Source of the DNA: an uncultured Bacillota bacterium
GTDB lineage: Bacteria; Sysuimicrobiota; Sysuimicrobiia; Sysuimicrobiales; Segetimicrobiaceae
Direction: 5' to 3'
DNA: 64,000 nucleotides
Assembly (NCBI GenBank): GCA_963804645.1
Contig: CAWDRG010000018.1
Location: 32,001-96,000, forward strand
Every line of letters starts with the position of its first letter. The stretch's first letter is position 1. The notes below the pieces were generated by a model that did not search any database, was not told the DNA's origin, and saw nothing but the letters and a program-made list of their open reading frames with translations. The position numbers and the translations under genes were made by a program. Shown here one piece after another: positions 30,041 to 40,776 of the stretch.

Positions 30041-30843
30041 AACCCGTGTGGTTCGGGACCCTGGGATTCGGGTTGGTGACGATTCCGGTTCGCTTGTACG
30101 CCGCGGTCGAAAGCGTGCGGACCGTTCGGTTTCGTCTGCTCGATCGTGTCACCTCCAAGCCCATCAAAGAACTCCGCGTCAACCCGGACACGGGCAAGGA
30201 AGTGCCGTGGGACCACGTCGTGCACGGGGTCGAACGGGCGAAGGGCCGTTTCGTCGCTCTCACCGACGAGGAGCTGCGCGCGCTGCCCCTGCCGAGTACC
30301 TCCACGATCGCGCTGACAGGATTCGTGCAGCCGCACGAGATTGATCCCCGCTACTACGAGCAGCCGTACTTTCTCGGGCCCGGGAAGGGCGGGCAGCGCG
30401 CGTACGCGCTGCTGCGCGAGGCCCTCGAGGCGGCGGAGCGCGTGGGCATCGGGAAGGTCGCGCTGCGCCAGCGCGAGCACCTGGTGGCCGTGCGTCCGAC
30501 TGACCGCGCGCTGGTGCTGCACACGCTGCACTACGCCTCCGAACTCCGGGACGAGGCCGACATTCCGGATCTGCCCGCTCGGGTGACGCTCCATCCCAAC
30601 GAGCGGAAGATGGCCCGGCAGTTGCTGGAGAGCATGGCGGCGACGTTTGATCCGACCGAGTTCCACGACGACTACGCCGACGCGCTGCGCGCGCTGGTCG
30701 ACGCCAAGGAGCGCGGGGCCGTGCCGGAGGCGCCGGCCCGCGCGCGCGCCGGCAAGGTCGTGGACCTGCAGGCGGCGCTGCGGGCCAGCTTGAAAGGCGC
30801 CCGTGCCGCGGGTGCTCCCCGCCGCCGGCGCGCCGCCAGTTGA
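30037..30843 (+). CDS. ku: Ku protein (NHEJ)
   Basis: WFGTLGFGLVTIPVRLYAA, YYEQPYFL, FHDDY, KVVDLQAALRASL, basic tail. Confidence 0.93.
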   Translation: MKPVWFGTLGFGLVTIPVRLYAAVESVRTVRFRLLDRVTSKPIKELRVNPDTGKEVPWDHVVHGVERAKGRFVALTDEELRALPLPSTSTIALTGFVQPHEIDPRYYEQPYFLGPGKGGQRAYALLREALEAAERVGIGKVALRQREHLVAVRPTDRALVLHTLHYASELRDEADIPDLPARVTLHPNERKMARQLLESMAATFDPTEFHDDYADALRALVDAKERGAVPEAPARARAGKVVDLQAALRASLKGARAAGAPRRRRAAS

Positions 30844-30884
30844 ACTCACGGCCAGACGGCGGGTCGCCGGCGCCCGCCGGGCGG

Positions 30885-31928
30885 CTACAGCGGGGGCAGC
30901 GACAGGTCGCTCGCGAGCGCGTTCAGGTCGGTGAGGATGTTGTCGTCGAGCGGAATGCCGTCGCGCCGGCGCGTCTCCGCCAACTCGAACTCGATCTCCC
31001 CAGGGACGTAGACGCGCTCGCCCCCGGCGACCGGCGGGACCGCGTGCACGGTCCTGACGTAGGCGTCGACCTCGTTCAGAAACTCGTCGAGCGGGCGGAA
31101 CTGCGCGATGTCCAGCGCCATGAAAAAGTGCCCCACGTGCTGCGGGCCGGCGTGCTTGGGCAGCGCCATGCTGGTGACGCCCGATGACCATCCCGCGCCT
31201 GTGAGCGGCCCGCACAGCAGGTCGAAGACGACCGCTAGGCCAAACCCCTTGTAGCCGCCGGCGGGGAGTAGCATGCCGCCGTCCATGATCGCCTCGGGGC
31301 GGTCCGTGGGGCGTCCCTCGCGATCGACGCCCCAGCCGAGCGGGATCCGCTTCCCCTGTCCGCGCGCGCGCTGCAGCTTGCCCTGCGCCACGACGCTGGT
31401 GGCCATGTCCAGCACGACCGGGCGCTCGCGTCCCGCCGGGATGGCGTACGCGATCGGGTTGTTCCCGACCACGGGGGCGGCGCCGCCTTCGGGCGGCATG
31501 AGCGGGATCGTGTTCGTCACCGCGACCCCGACCATCCCCTGGGCCGCGGCACGCATCGCGTAGTAGGCGGCGGCGCCGAAGTGCGTCGATCCGCGCACGC
31601 CGACGAAGCCGACGCCGGCGGCGCGCGCCTTCGCGATCGCGATGTCCACCGCGCGCACGCTCACCACCTGGCCGAGGCCGTCGTGGCCATCGACCTGGGC
31701 GAACGCCGGCCCCTCCCGCGTGATCGTGACCGTGGCGGCCGCCGGGACGACTCCGGCCTTGACCCGTCGGACGTAGATCGGCAGGCGCATCACCCCGTGC
31801 GAGTGGACGCCCCGGAGATCCGCCTCGACGAGCGTGTCGGCGACGAGGTCGGCGTCCGGAGTGGGCACTCCCACGCGCTGGAACGCCGCGCTGGTGAACG
31901 CGGCCAATCGGGACGCGGCGATCGGCAT
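30885..31928 (-). CDS. Ldh_2 (AllD/ComC/malate-lactate) family oxidoreductase
   Basis: ADLRGVHSHG, HFGAA, GNNPIA, LDMATS, GGYKGFGL, PGEIE. Confidence 0.9.
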   Translation of the reverse strand: MPIAASRLAAFTSAAFQRVGVPTPDADLVADTLVEADLRGVHSHGVMRLPIYVRRVKAGVVPAAATVTITREGPAFAQVDGHDGLGQVVSVRAVDIAIAKARAAGVGFVGVRGSTHFGAAAYYAMRAAAQGMVGVAVTNTIPLMPPEGGAAPVVGNNPIAYAIPAGRERPVVLDMATSVVAQGKLQRARGQGKRIPLGWGVDREGRPTDRPEAIMDGGMLLPAGGYKGFGLAVVFDLLCGPLTGAGWSSGVTSMALPKHAGPQHVGHFFMALDIAQFRPLDEFLNEVDAYVRTVHAVPPVAGGERVYVPGEIEFELAETRRRDGIPLDDNILTDLNALASDLSLPPL

Positions 31929-32156
31929 GGCGGTCCTCCTGATCGGGATAGTGGGGAGTTCTTGCGCGGCGCCGGCCCTTCCTGGCGGCGCGGCGCAGCG
32001 GCGCGCCTGCCTTGCGAGTCCACGCCCAGGCGGGGTATACTTGCCTGTGGGCCCGTTGATTGCCGGCCGACTGGTTGGGGTGGTTGAGTTGGGACAGCAT
32101 GAACGGCCGGTCGCAGCCAAAGTCGCAGCATACGTTGCAGCAGAGAGAGGCCCACG

Positions 32157-34601
32157 GTGAACAAGCCGCCTCAAACGTCTGGGACGCCCCGGTCCGGGCC
32201 GGGGAAGAGGGCGCGGAAGCCGCCGTCGCGCGGTCCGTGGAAAGCCGTCGGGCGCCTGGCGATGGTCGTCGCGGCCGGTGCCGTCGCGGTTGCCCTGGTC
32301 CTGGGGGGACTCGTCGTCGGGGCGGCGATCTCGATCGCCGCGCACTTGCCGTCCGTGGACGCGCTGTATTCCCCTCCGAGCGAGGCCACCCGCATCTACG
32401 CGGCGAGCGGCGAGCTGATCGCCAGTCTCTACCAGGAGAATCGCGACAGCGTATCGCTGTCGGCCATGCCGGTCGCCCTGCAGCGCGCCGTCGTGGACAC
32501 CGAGGACGCGGACTTCTACCGAAACCCCGGGATCTCGGTGCGCGGGATCCTGCGGGCCGGACTGCGGAATGCGCTCGAGGGCGGATACGCTGAAGGCGGC
32601 AGCACGATCACGCAGCAGCTCGCCCGCAACCTGTTCCTCACCAGCCAGAAGTCGCTGACGCGCAAGATCGCCGAGATCATGCTCGCCGTCCAGATCGAGC
32701 GGCGGCTGACCAAAGACGAGATTCTCCAGCGCTATCTCAACCAGGTGTACCTGGGCGAGGGCGCCTACGGCGTCGAGACCGCGGCCGAGGTGTACTTCGG
32801 CAAGCCGGCCAAGGACTTGACCCTGCCGCAGTCCGCGATGCTCGCGGGCCTGATCCGCGCGCCGTCCCTCTACTCGCCGTACGAGCATCCCGCCCGGGCG
32901 CATGAGCGGCAGGCCGAAGTGCTGCAGCGCATGGTGGACCGCGGAGACCTCACCGACGCGCAGATGCGCACCGCCCTGGCGTCGCCGCTCCAGCTCGCGG
33001 CGAAGGGCAACGGCGGCCTGATCGGCGTCCGCGCGCCGTACTTCGTGAGCTACATCCTGCCGGGGCTGATCCAGCGCTACGGCGAGGACGAGCTGTACAA
33101 GGGCGGGCTGCGCATCTATACGACGCTCGACCTCGACCTCGAAGCGAAGGCCACGGCGGCGCTCCGCCAGGGGATCGACGCCGCGCAGCGGCAGCACGAG
33201 AACGTGAGTCAGGGCGCGATCGTCATGGTCGACCCGCAGACCGGGGCGATCCGCGCGATGGTCGGCGGCTACGACTTTCGCACGAGCCAGTTCAACCGGG
33301 CGTGGCAGGCGCACCGCCAGCCGGGCTCGGCGTTCAAGCCGTTCACGTACACGGTCGCCCTGATGCAGGGGATGTCGCCGTCGCATCTCGTGCTCGACGC
33401 GCCGATCGAGTTTCAGCTGCCGGACGGCAAGGTGTGGAAGCCGCTGGACTACGACCGGACGTTCCACGGATGGATCACGGCGCGCTACGCGGTGGAGAAC
33501 TCGATCAACACCGCGGCCATTCGGGTGGAGCAGCAGGTCGGCCCGCGCGCGATCGTCCGGCTCGCACAGCGGATGGGCATTCAAAGCCCGCTCGAACCAA
33601 CGCTGTCGCTGACGCTCGGGGCCTCCGACGTCACGCCGCTCGAGATGACGACCGCGTACGGGGTGTTCGCCGACAACGGCATCCGGGCGGATCCGATGCC
33701 GATCCTCAAGGTCACCGACGCGAGCGGCAAGGTGCTGGAGGATCACACCCCGGTCCGCACGGTCGTGTTGAGCCCTGAGGTCGCGTACGTGATGACCGAC
33801 ATGCTGAAGGGCGTGATCCTGCGGGGCACGGGCGTCGCGGCGAACATCGGCATTCCGTCCGCGGGCAAGACCGGGACCGCCGACGACTACCGCAACGCGT
33901 GGTTCATCGGGTACACGCCGTACCTGGTCACCACCGTCTGGGTCGGCAACGACGACGACTCCGCGATGAACAAGGTGACGGGCGGCGAGGTGCCCGCGGG
34001 GATTTGGGCGGCGCTGATGAAGCAGGCGACCGCGACGATGCCGCACGACGACTGGACCCAGCCCGACGGCGTCGTGCAGGAAGCCGTCTGCGGCAACACC
34101 GGACTGCTCGCGGGGCCGGGATGTCCCAATCCTCACACCGAACTGTTCATCAAGGGCATGGAGCCGGCGACGTACGCGCCTCCGCCGGCGCCAGCCGTGA
34201 CTCCGGCGGCCGCGGCGAACGCGGCGCAGCCCGCGACCGCCGTGGGGACCCAGCCCGCCGGCGATGCGGCGTCGACGCCCGCGGTGGCGGCATCCGACGG
34301 ACCGCTCGCGGTGACGCTGTCCACGCCGGCCGACGGGAGTCAGGTCCCGATGCCGTTCATGGTCCAGGGGACGACGCAGCCGGCGGCGACCGTCCATATC
34401 GTGGTGCAGGCGCAGGGGTTCCCGGCGGGCATGTCGGGCGCCCAGGTGGCGGACGTGTACCTGCGCGCCGACTCGTCGGGGGCGTTTGCGTTTCAGGTGA
34501 GACCATGGACCACGTCGACGGCAGCTGCGTACGTGGTGACGGTGACCGCGTCGATGGGGCTGCAGAGCGGTACGGCGACGGTGACGGTGAAGCCGCAGTA
34601 G
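32157..34601 (+). CDS. Class A penicillin-binding protein (PBP1A) with Pro/Ala linker and C-terminal Ig-like domain
   Basis: ED.DFY, GGSTITQQ, RKIAE, SAFK, SIN, KTG. Confidence 0.92.
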   Translation: MNKPPQTSGTPRSGPGKRARKPPSRGPWKAVGRLAMVVAAGAVAVALVLGGLVVGAAISIAAHLPSVDALYSPPSEATRIYAASGELIASLYQENRDSVSLSAMPVALQRAVVDTEDADFYRNPGISVRGILRAGLRNALEGGYAEGGSTITQQLARNLFLTSQKSLTRKIAEIMLAVQIERRLTKDEILQRYLNQVYLGEGAYGVETAAEVYFGKPAKDLTLPQSAMLAGLIRAPSLYSPYEHPARAHERQAEVLQRMVDRGDLTDAQMRTALASPLQLAAKGNGGLIGVRAPYFVSYILPGLIQRYGEDELYKGGLRIYTTLDLDLEAKATAALRQGIDAAQRQHENVSQGAIVMVDPQTGAIRAMVGGYDFRTSQFNRAWQAHRQPGSAFKPFTYTVALMQGMSPSHLVLDAPIEFQLPDGKVWKPLDYDRTFHGWITARYAVENSINTAAIRVEQQVGPRAIVRLAQRMGIQSPLEPTLSLTLGASDVTPLEMTTAYGVFADNGIRADPMPILKVTDASGKVLEDHTPVRTVVLSPEVAYVMTDMLKGVILRGTGVAANIGIPSAGKTGTADDYRNAWFIGYTPYLVTTVWVGNDDDSAMNKVTGGEVPAGIWAALMKQATATMPHDDWTQPDGVVQEAVCGNTGLLAGPGCPNPHTELFIKGMEPATYAPPPAPAVTPAAAANAAQPATAVGTQPAGDAASTPAVAASDGPLAVTLSTPADGSQVPMPFMVQGTTQPAATVHIVVQAQGFPAGMSGAQVADVYLRADSSGAFAFQVRPWTTSTAAAYVVTVTASMGLQSGTATVTVKPQ

Positions 34602-34735
34602 CGACGACATGCCGGCAGGTCGCGGCGGCCCCGGGCGCCTTGCGCGCCACGGGGCCGCCAGTCTATAGTAGATGGTGGATACGCTCCGCGGGGCCGGGAG
34701 TGCGGGTGCGCGGTCGACGATCGAGGGGGTTTATT

Positions 34736-35476
34736 GTGTCCGGACACTCAAAGTGGCACAACATCAAGATCAAAAAGGGCAAGACGGACCAGCAGCGCGG
34801 GAAGTTGTTCAGCAAGCTGGCCCGGGAGATCATCATTGCCGCCAAGGATGGGGGCGCGGATCCGAGCGGCAACATGCGGCTGCGCGCCGCGATCGACCGC
34901 GCACGCGAGGCCAGCATGCCCAACGACAACATCAAGCGCGCGGTGGCGCGGGGGGCCGGCGGCGCCGAGGGCGAGAGCTACGAGGAGGTCACCTACGAGG
35001 GGATGGGCCCCGGGGGCGTCGCTGTGCTGGTCGAGGTGCAGACCGACAACCGCAACCGGACCGTGTCCGAGATCCGGAACGTGCTGACCAAGGCGGGCGG
35101 AGCGATGGGGGCGTCGGTCGCGTGGATGTTTGAGAAGCGGGGGCTGATTACGATCCCGCGCGCGGCGGCCTCCGAGGATGAGGTGCTGGCCAAGGCGGTC
35201 GACGCCGGCGCGGAAGACATGAAGACCGTCGGGGATGAGTACGAGATCACGACGGCGCCCGAGGACTTCGCCGCGGTGCGGAAGGCGCTCGAAGACGCCG
35301 GCTACAAGCCCGCGTCCGCCGAGATCACGATGGTGCCGAAGACGACGGTGCCCCTCGCCGGCAAAGAAGCGCAGCAGGTGCTCCGGCTGATGGAGACGCT
35401 CGAAGACCACGACGACGTGCAGCACGTGTACGCGAACTTTGACATTCCCGATGAAGTGCTGCAGCAGGTCGGATGA
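34736..35476 (+). CDS. yebC: YebC/PmpR family protein
   Basis: SGHSKWHNIK, TDNRNRT, DDVQHVYAN. Confidence 0.95.
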   Translation: MSGHSKWHNIKIKKGKTDQQRGKLFSKLAREIIIAAKDGGADPSGNMRLRAAIDRAREASMPNDNIKRAVARGAGGAEGESYEEVTYEGMGPGGVAVLVEVQTDNRNRTVSEIRNVLTKAGGAMGASVAWMFEKRGLITIPRAAASEDEVLAKAVDAGAEDMKTVGDEYEITTAPEDFAAVRKALEDAGYKPASAEITMVPKTTVPLAGKEAQQVLRLMETLEDHDDVQHVYANFDIPDEVLQQVG

Positions 35477-35489
35477 GCGGAGGACGTCG

Positions 35490-35951
35490 ATGGGACTTCG
35501 CGAGAACGTACAGGCCGGGTACCAGCTGATCTGGAACACCGCGCAGAAGAACGTGGAGGCGATGCCCGACGGCGGGATGGAGTTCACGCCGCCGGGGCTG
35601 GACACCCGGCCGTTCCGGGCGATCGCGGTGCACATGGCGAACGCGAGCGTGATGTTCGGGGAGAACATCGGCAAGGCGACGTGGGAGCGGATCGTCACCT
35701 ATCCCATGGACAAGCCGATGGCGAAGGCAGACGTGCTGGCGACCATGCGCCAAGCGGGGGAGCGATTCCTGGCCGGCCTCTCCCGGCTCACGGACGAGGA
35801 GGCGGCCCGCACCGTGCGCGTGCCATGGGGCGCCGAGATGCTGCAGGGCGCCGTCGTCGCGGCGAACGTGTCGCACCTGTTCTACCACAACGGCCAGCTC
35901 TCCATTTATCTCCGGATGCAGGGGGTCCAACCGCTGTTTCTCGCTCGGTAG
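35490..35951 (+). CDS. DinB/YfiT family protein
   Basis: H..(H)LFYHNGQLSIYLRMQG. Confidence 0.8.
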   Translation: MGLRENVQAGYQLIWNTAQKNVEAMPDGGMEFTPPGLDTRPFRAIAVHMANASVMFGENIGKATWERIVTYPMDKPMAKADVLATMRQAGERFLAGLSRLTDEEAARTVRVPWGAEMLQGAVVAANVSHLFYHNGQLSIYLRMQGVQPLFLAR

Positions 35952-35993
35952 GCTCCGGACGCCGCGCCGCCGGAGGAATGTCCGGCCAGGCGG

Positions 35994-36007
35994 CGAACGT
36001 TGGTTCG
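35994..36007. promoter_or_regulatory. LexA (SOS) box upstream of ruvCAB
   Basis: CGAAC-GTTG-GTTCG, perfect GAAC-N4-GTTC, about 55 bp before the ruvC ATG. Confidence 0.7.
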
Positions 36008-36060
36008 TGGGTGCGCCGCACCGGCGCAGCCGTGATCCACGCCGACTCGGAGCCGTGTGC

Positions 36061-36571
36061 ATGCGCATTCTTGGAATCGATCCGGGACTCTATCTGACCG
36101 GGTACGGGATCGTCGAGACGACAGGGCGCGGGATCGCCCTCGTGGAAGCCGGGTTGATCCGCACCGAACGTCCGGGCGTCGCTGCCGGATCGGCTCCACG
36201 AGCTGTACGCCGGCGTCCGAGACGTGCTGGCCGACGGCCGCCCGACCGCGATCGCCCTCGAGGACGTCTTTGTCCACCCCGCATTTCCCAGAGCGGCTAT
36301 CATCATGGGGCACGTGTGCGGGGTCATCGGTCTGAGCGCCGCGCAGGCGCGCGTGCCCGTGGACACGATCCCGCCCGCGGCCGTGAAGCGCGCGATGGTG
36401 GCGTTCGGGCAGGCCGGCAAGCGCCAGGTGCAGCGCATGGTCCGCGTGCTGCTGGACCTCGACGACGAGCCAAGCTCGCACGTGGCCGATGCGCTGGCGC
36501 TCGCGCTCGTCGCGGCTTCGCGCCGGGGCGCCGTGCTGGGCGCCGCGGCGGGCGTCCGAGGGTCCGCGTGA
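36061..36571 (+). CDS. ruvC: Holliday junction resolvase RuvC; single-base frameshift near 36178, probably a sequence error
   Basis: MRILGIDPG..TGYG in one frame; ALEDVF..VKRAMV..HVADALALA in the next. Confidence 0.9.
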
Positions 36572-37200
36572 TCGCGTTTCTGCGCGGCCCGATCGTGCGG
36601 CGCACCGACGAGTTCCTGGTCATCGAATGCGGGGGCGTCGGGTATGAAGTGCACCTCCCCGGATTCCTTCGCGACCTCCTGCGCAGCGATCCTCAGCACA
36701 TCGGCGAGACGGCCGAGCTGCACGTGTCGTACCACGTGTCCGCGAATCAGCCGCGCCCGCTGCTGGTGGGGTTTCTGCGTGAGATCGAGCAGGAATTTTT
36801 CGAGCGGTTCATCACGGTCGACGGGTTGGGCCCCACGAAGGCGATGAAGGCGATCGTGCATCCGGTCGAACAAGTCGCGGACGCGATCGAGCGCAAAGAC
36901 GTGGCGTTTCTCCGCCGGCTCCCGGGGATCGGCGGGCGGACCGCCGAGAAGATCGTCGCGTCGCTTAACGGGAAGATGGGCAAGTACGCGCTGCTGCGCA
37001 CCGAAGCCGCGGTCCCGGCCGAGGCGACCGCCGAGGACTTCCGCGAGGAGGTGCTCGAGGTGCTCACCGGACAGCTCGGGCACCGCAGCACCGAAGCCAA
37101 GCGCATGGTCGACGAGGCGCTGCGGCGCAACCCCGCGATCGCGTCGGCGGAGGACCTGTTCCAAGAAGTGTACCGTGCGGAGCGGGGGGCCCCGGCGTGA
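36568..37200 (+). CDS. ruvA: Holliday junction branch migration protein RuvA
   Basis: [30 protein letters not shown]. Confidence 0.92.
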   Translation: MIAFLRGPIVRRTDEFLVIECGGVGYEVHLPGFLRDLLRSDPQHIGETAELHVSYHVSANQPRPLLVGFLREIEQEFFERFITVDGLGPTKAMKAIVHPVEQVADAIERKDVAFLRRLPGIGGRTAEKIVASLNGKMGKYALLRTEAAVPAEATAEDFREEVLEVLTGQLGHRSTEAKRMVDEALRRNPAIASAEDLFQEVYRAERGAPA

Positions 37201-38269
37201 CGCGCGAGCGCGTCGCCGGCGGGAAGCCGGTGTCCCGTCCGGGGGGGCGGTGCCGCCGCCGGCGGCGGGGGCGGAGGACGAGCAGCTCATCCGCAGCCTG
37301 CGGCCCAAGCGGCTCGATGAGTGCATCGGGCAGGCGCGCGTGATCAGCGCGCTGAAGATCGGCCTCCAGGCGGCGCGCGATCGGGGCGAGGCGCTCGACC
37401 ACGTGCTGCTGCACGGGCCGCCCGGCTTGGGTAAGACGACCTTCGCGAACGTGATCGCGACCGAGATGGCGACGGGGATTGTGACCACGTCGGGGCCCGC
37501 GCTCGAGCGGGGCGGCGACCTGATGGGGATCCTCACGAACCTGAACCGGGGCGACGTCCTGTTTATCGATGAGATCCATCGGCTGCCGCGGGCGGTGGAG
37601 GAGTTTCTGTATCCTGCGATGGAGGACTTCTGCGTCAATTTCGTCATCGAGAAGGGCGCGCACGCGCGGTCGCTGCGCTACACATTGCGCCCGTTTACGC
37701 TCGTGGGCGCGACGACGCGGGCGGGGCTGCTCTCGTCGCCGCTGCGCGATCGGTTTGGGATCACCCAGCACTTGGACTTTTATCCGGTGGAGGACCTGAC
37801 GCGCGTGGTGCACCGCTCGGCTTCAATCCTGGGGGTCCCCGTGACCGACGAGGGGGCGGCGGAGATCGCCCGCCGCTCCCGCGGCACGCCGCGGATCGCG
37901 AACCGTCTCCTGCGGCGCGTCCGCGACTTCGCCCAGGTCCGCTCCGATGGGGCGATCTCGGTGGAGATCGCGCGGGAGGCGCTCGAGTTCGAGGGCGTCG
38001 ACCCGCTCGGGCTCGACGGGCAGGATCGGGACGTGCTGCGGACCATCATCCAGGTGTACGGGGGCGGTCCGGTCGGCATCGAGGCCCTCGCGGCGACGCT
38101 CAATGAAGAGGTGGACAGCCTCGTCGAGATGGTGGAGCCGTACCTCCTGAAGATCGGATTCCTGACGCGCACCCAGGCGGGCCGACGGGTGACGGCGCAG
38201 GCGGCGGAACATCTCGGCCTCGCGGTGCCGGAGCGCGGCGGTCGCGGGCAGGGCACGCTGTTTTCGTAG
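37197..38269 (+). CDS. ruvB: Holliday junction helicase RuvB; start uncertain, with a probable indel after the MTRERV N-terminus
   Basis: [44 protein letters not shown]. Confidence 0.95.
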
Positions 38270-38271
38270 CC

Positions 38272-38481
38272 ATGCCGCAGATCGGACGGTTCCTCGTCAC
38301 CCTCGGCGTCTTCCTGATCATCATTGGCGGGCTCGTCATGGTGCTGGGCGTGCTCCCGAGATTTCCGGGGGACATCTACGTGCAGCGGAAAGGCTTCACG
38401 CTCTACGTGCCGATCCTCGGAAGCCTGCTCCTGAGCATCGTGCTCACCATCCTCTTGAACCTGTTTTTCGCGCGGCGATGA
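38272..38481 (+). CDS. DUF2905 family membrane protein
   Basis: PGDIYVQR..FTLYVPI..LLSIVLT; typical position after ruvB. Confidence 0.8.
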   Translation: MPQIGRFLVTLGVFLIIIGGLVMVLGVLPRFPGDIYVQRKGFTLYVPILGSLLLSIVLTILLNLFFARR

Positions 38482-39623
38482 TGCGCCCGGTCCTGTGGAT
38501 CGCGGTCGCGGCGGCCGTGGCGGTGCTCGGTGCGACGGCCCCGGGGCCGGCGCGGGCTACCGAGGAGATGATCGTGCGGGTGGCGGTCCAGGTCGATCAG
38601 CCCGCGGTGATGCTCGGCGCGGACGGGCCGGTGCAGATCGTGCAGACCGACACCGGGTCGGCGGTGACGCTCGCGGGGACCGCGTGGACGGTGACCCCAT
38701 CGGCCGGCGGGTTGAGCATCGCCGGCACCGCGTTCGGCCAGACCGTACGCGTGTCGACGGGGACCGGCCTGCTGCGGATCGCCGGCAAGCCGTATCGGGG
38801 CACCATCGAGCTGCAGCGCAGTCCCCAGGGGCACGTCACCGCGATCGACGAGCTGCCGCTCGAGGCGTACCTGTACGGGGTGATCAAGGGCGAGATCGAT
38901 CCGGGGTGGCCGCCGGCGGCCGTGCAGGCGCAGGCGGTGGCCGCCCGGACGCTCGCGGTCGAGCGCATCGCCGAAGTGCACGCGGGCGTCACGGGGTACG
39001 ATCTCACCGCCACCACCGACGCGCAGGTCTATCTCGGCGCGTCCGCCGAGACCCCCGCGGCGACGGCCGCGGTCGACACGACCCGGGGCCTCCTCGTCAC
39101 CTACCAGGGCCAGCCGATTTTCGCGGCGTACCATTCGAACTCCGGCGGCCACACCGAAGACAGCGAGAATGTCTGGGGGACCGCCTATCCGTATCTGCGC
39201 GGGGTCGCCGATCCGTACGCGATGAGCGCCCCGAGCGTGAATTGGAGTGTGACGCTGCCGCTCGGGACGCTCGAGGCCACGCTGCAGCGGGGTCAGGTGC
39301 CGGTCGCCGGGCTCAGCGACGTGTCGCCCGGGCGCGTGACGCCCTGGGGGCGTGTGGTCACCGTGCGCCTGACCAGCGGAGACGGCTCGGTGCAGGAGAT
39401 CAACGCCAATCGCTTCCGGCTGCTGGTTGGCGCCGGCGTGCTTCGGAGCACGATGTTCACCGTGCTCCGGGACGGCGCGGGGGAGGTGTTCTCCGGCCGG
39501 GGCTCCGGACACGGCGTGGGCCTCGATCAGTGGGGCGCGCGGGCGATGGCCGCGCAGGGGGCGACGTTCGATCAGATCCTGAAGTTTTACTACACCGGCG
39601 TCGGCATCGATCAGCTGTACTGA
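38478..39623 (+). CDS. SpoIID/LytB domain protein
   Basis: LEAYLYGV..E, QAQAVAART, QVY, GHGVGLDQWGA, ILKFYY. Confidence 0.9.
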   Translation: MMRPVLWIAVAAAVAVLGATAPGPARATEEMIVRVAVQVDQPAVMLGADGPVQIVQTDTGSAVTLAGTAWTVTPSAGGLSIAGTAFGQTVRVSTGTGLLRIAGKPYRGTIELQRSPQGHVTAIDELPLEAYLYGVIKGEIDPGWPPAAVQAQAVAARTLAVERIAEVHAGVTGYDLTATTDAQVYLGASAETPAATAAVDTTRGLLVTYQGQPIFAAYHSNSGGHTEDSENVWGTAYPYLRGVADPYAMSAPSVNWSVTLPLGTLEATLQRGQVPVAGLSDVSPGRVTPWGRVVTVRLTSGDGSVQEINANRFRLLVGAGVLRSTMFTVLRDGAGEVFSGRGSGHGVGLDQWGARAMAAQGATFDQILKFYYTGVGIDQLY

Positions 39624-39754
39624 TGGCGTGGGCGCCGCCGCCGCGTCTCACGCGGACGGCGGCGGGTCCGAACGCGCCGCCCGCGCTCGGCGCGGCGCAC
39701 GCGCGGGGGTCGCGCGTCTCCTGATCCCGACCGCCGGCGCGGCGGCCTGCGCGT

Positions 39755-40681
39755 CTACCCCGCCGACGGAGACGGAGCCCTCGGGTTCGGCAGCGGCGTG
39801 AGCGTCCGCTCCAGCTGCGGCCGCAGCGGCTCGAACGTCGGCGGCAGCGAGAGCGACTCGCCGAGATGCGCGAGCGGCTCGTCGACGGTGAATCCGGGCC
39901 CGGCCGTGGCGATCTCGAACAGGATGCCGCTCGGCTCTCGGAAGTAGATCGACCGGAAGTAGAAGCGGTCGATGACCGGCGTGGCGTGCCCGCCCGCCCG
40001 GATCACGCGCTCGCGCCATGCGTCGTGCTCGTCCATCGTGGAGGACCACGCGACGTGGTGGACGGTGCCGGCGCCGGCTCGGCCCATGCCCGGCGCGCGA
40101 TCATACGTGTACGTCGCGCCGCGGGTGGCGCCCCTGGCCTCGAACCGCGCGGTCCCGTCCGCCCGGAATCCGACCGCCTCGTCGAGGAAGCGGCGGCTGC
40201 GGTCCGGGTCGCTCGCGTAGGCCCGCACGCCGTCGAACCCCTGCAGCGCAAACTCGATCGGAATCGCGGGGTGCACGGCGACGAGCGGCGCATCGTCCAC
40301 CGTTGAGACGCGGAGTTCATGCGCGAGCCCCTCGGGATCGTCGAAGCGCAGACCGCCGTCCTCCCACCGCGCCTCGATGCGCTCGTTCCGCAGCCGCGAG
40401 GTCCAGAACTCGAGCGCGTCCGCGGTCCCGACGCGCCAGACGATGCGGTGCACCATCCCATCGCCCGCGCGCCCGCGCGGCGCGCCCGGATACTCGAAGA
40501 ACGTCAGGTCGGCCCCCGGGCTGCCGTGTTCGTCCGCGTAAAACAGATGGTATGCGGTCGGGTCGTCCTGATTGACGGTCTTTTTGACCAGCCGCAGCCC
40601 GAGCACGCGCGTGTAGAAGTCGAGATTGCCCCGCGCGTCGCCCGTGACGGCGCTGATGTGGTGGATCCCGTTCAGCGTCAT
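39755..40681 (-). CDS. Ring-cleaving dioxygenase/glyoxalase (MhqO-like)
   Basis: GIHHIS, VKKTVNQDDP..YHLFY, HHVAW, DRFYFRSIYFREPSG.LFEIAT. Confidence 0.9.
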   Translation of the reverse strand: MTLNGIHHISAVTGDARGNLDFYTRVLGLRLVKKTVNQDDPTAYHLFYADEHGSPGADLTFFEYPGAPRGRAGDGMVHRIVWRVGTADALEFWTSRLRNERIEARWEDGGLRFDDPEGLAHELRVSTVDDAPLVAVHPAIPIEFALQGFDGVRAYASDPDRSRRFLDEAVGFRADGTARFEARGATRGATYTYDRAPGMGRAGAGTVHHVAWSSTMDEHDAWRERVIRAGGHATPVIDRFYFRSIYFREPSGILFEIATAGPGFTVDEPLAHLGESLSLPPTFEPLRPQLERTLTPLPNPRAPSPSAG

Positions 40682-40776
40682 GGAGCGCCTCCGCCTGCGT
40701 TCTGGGTGCGTCTGTTACTACCGCGCGGCGGCCACGTCTATTCCCGACGGCGGCCGGGCCGGGCGCCGCGTGACGG

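Noticed and set aside
38478..39623. Evidence of sporulation
   Set aside because: SpoIID/LytB next to ruvB-queA is widespread in non-sporulating bacteria.
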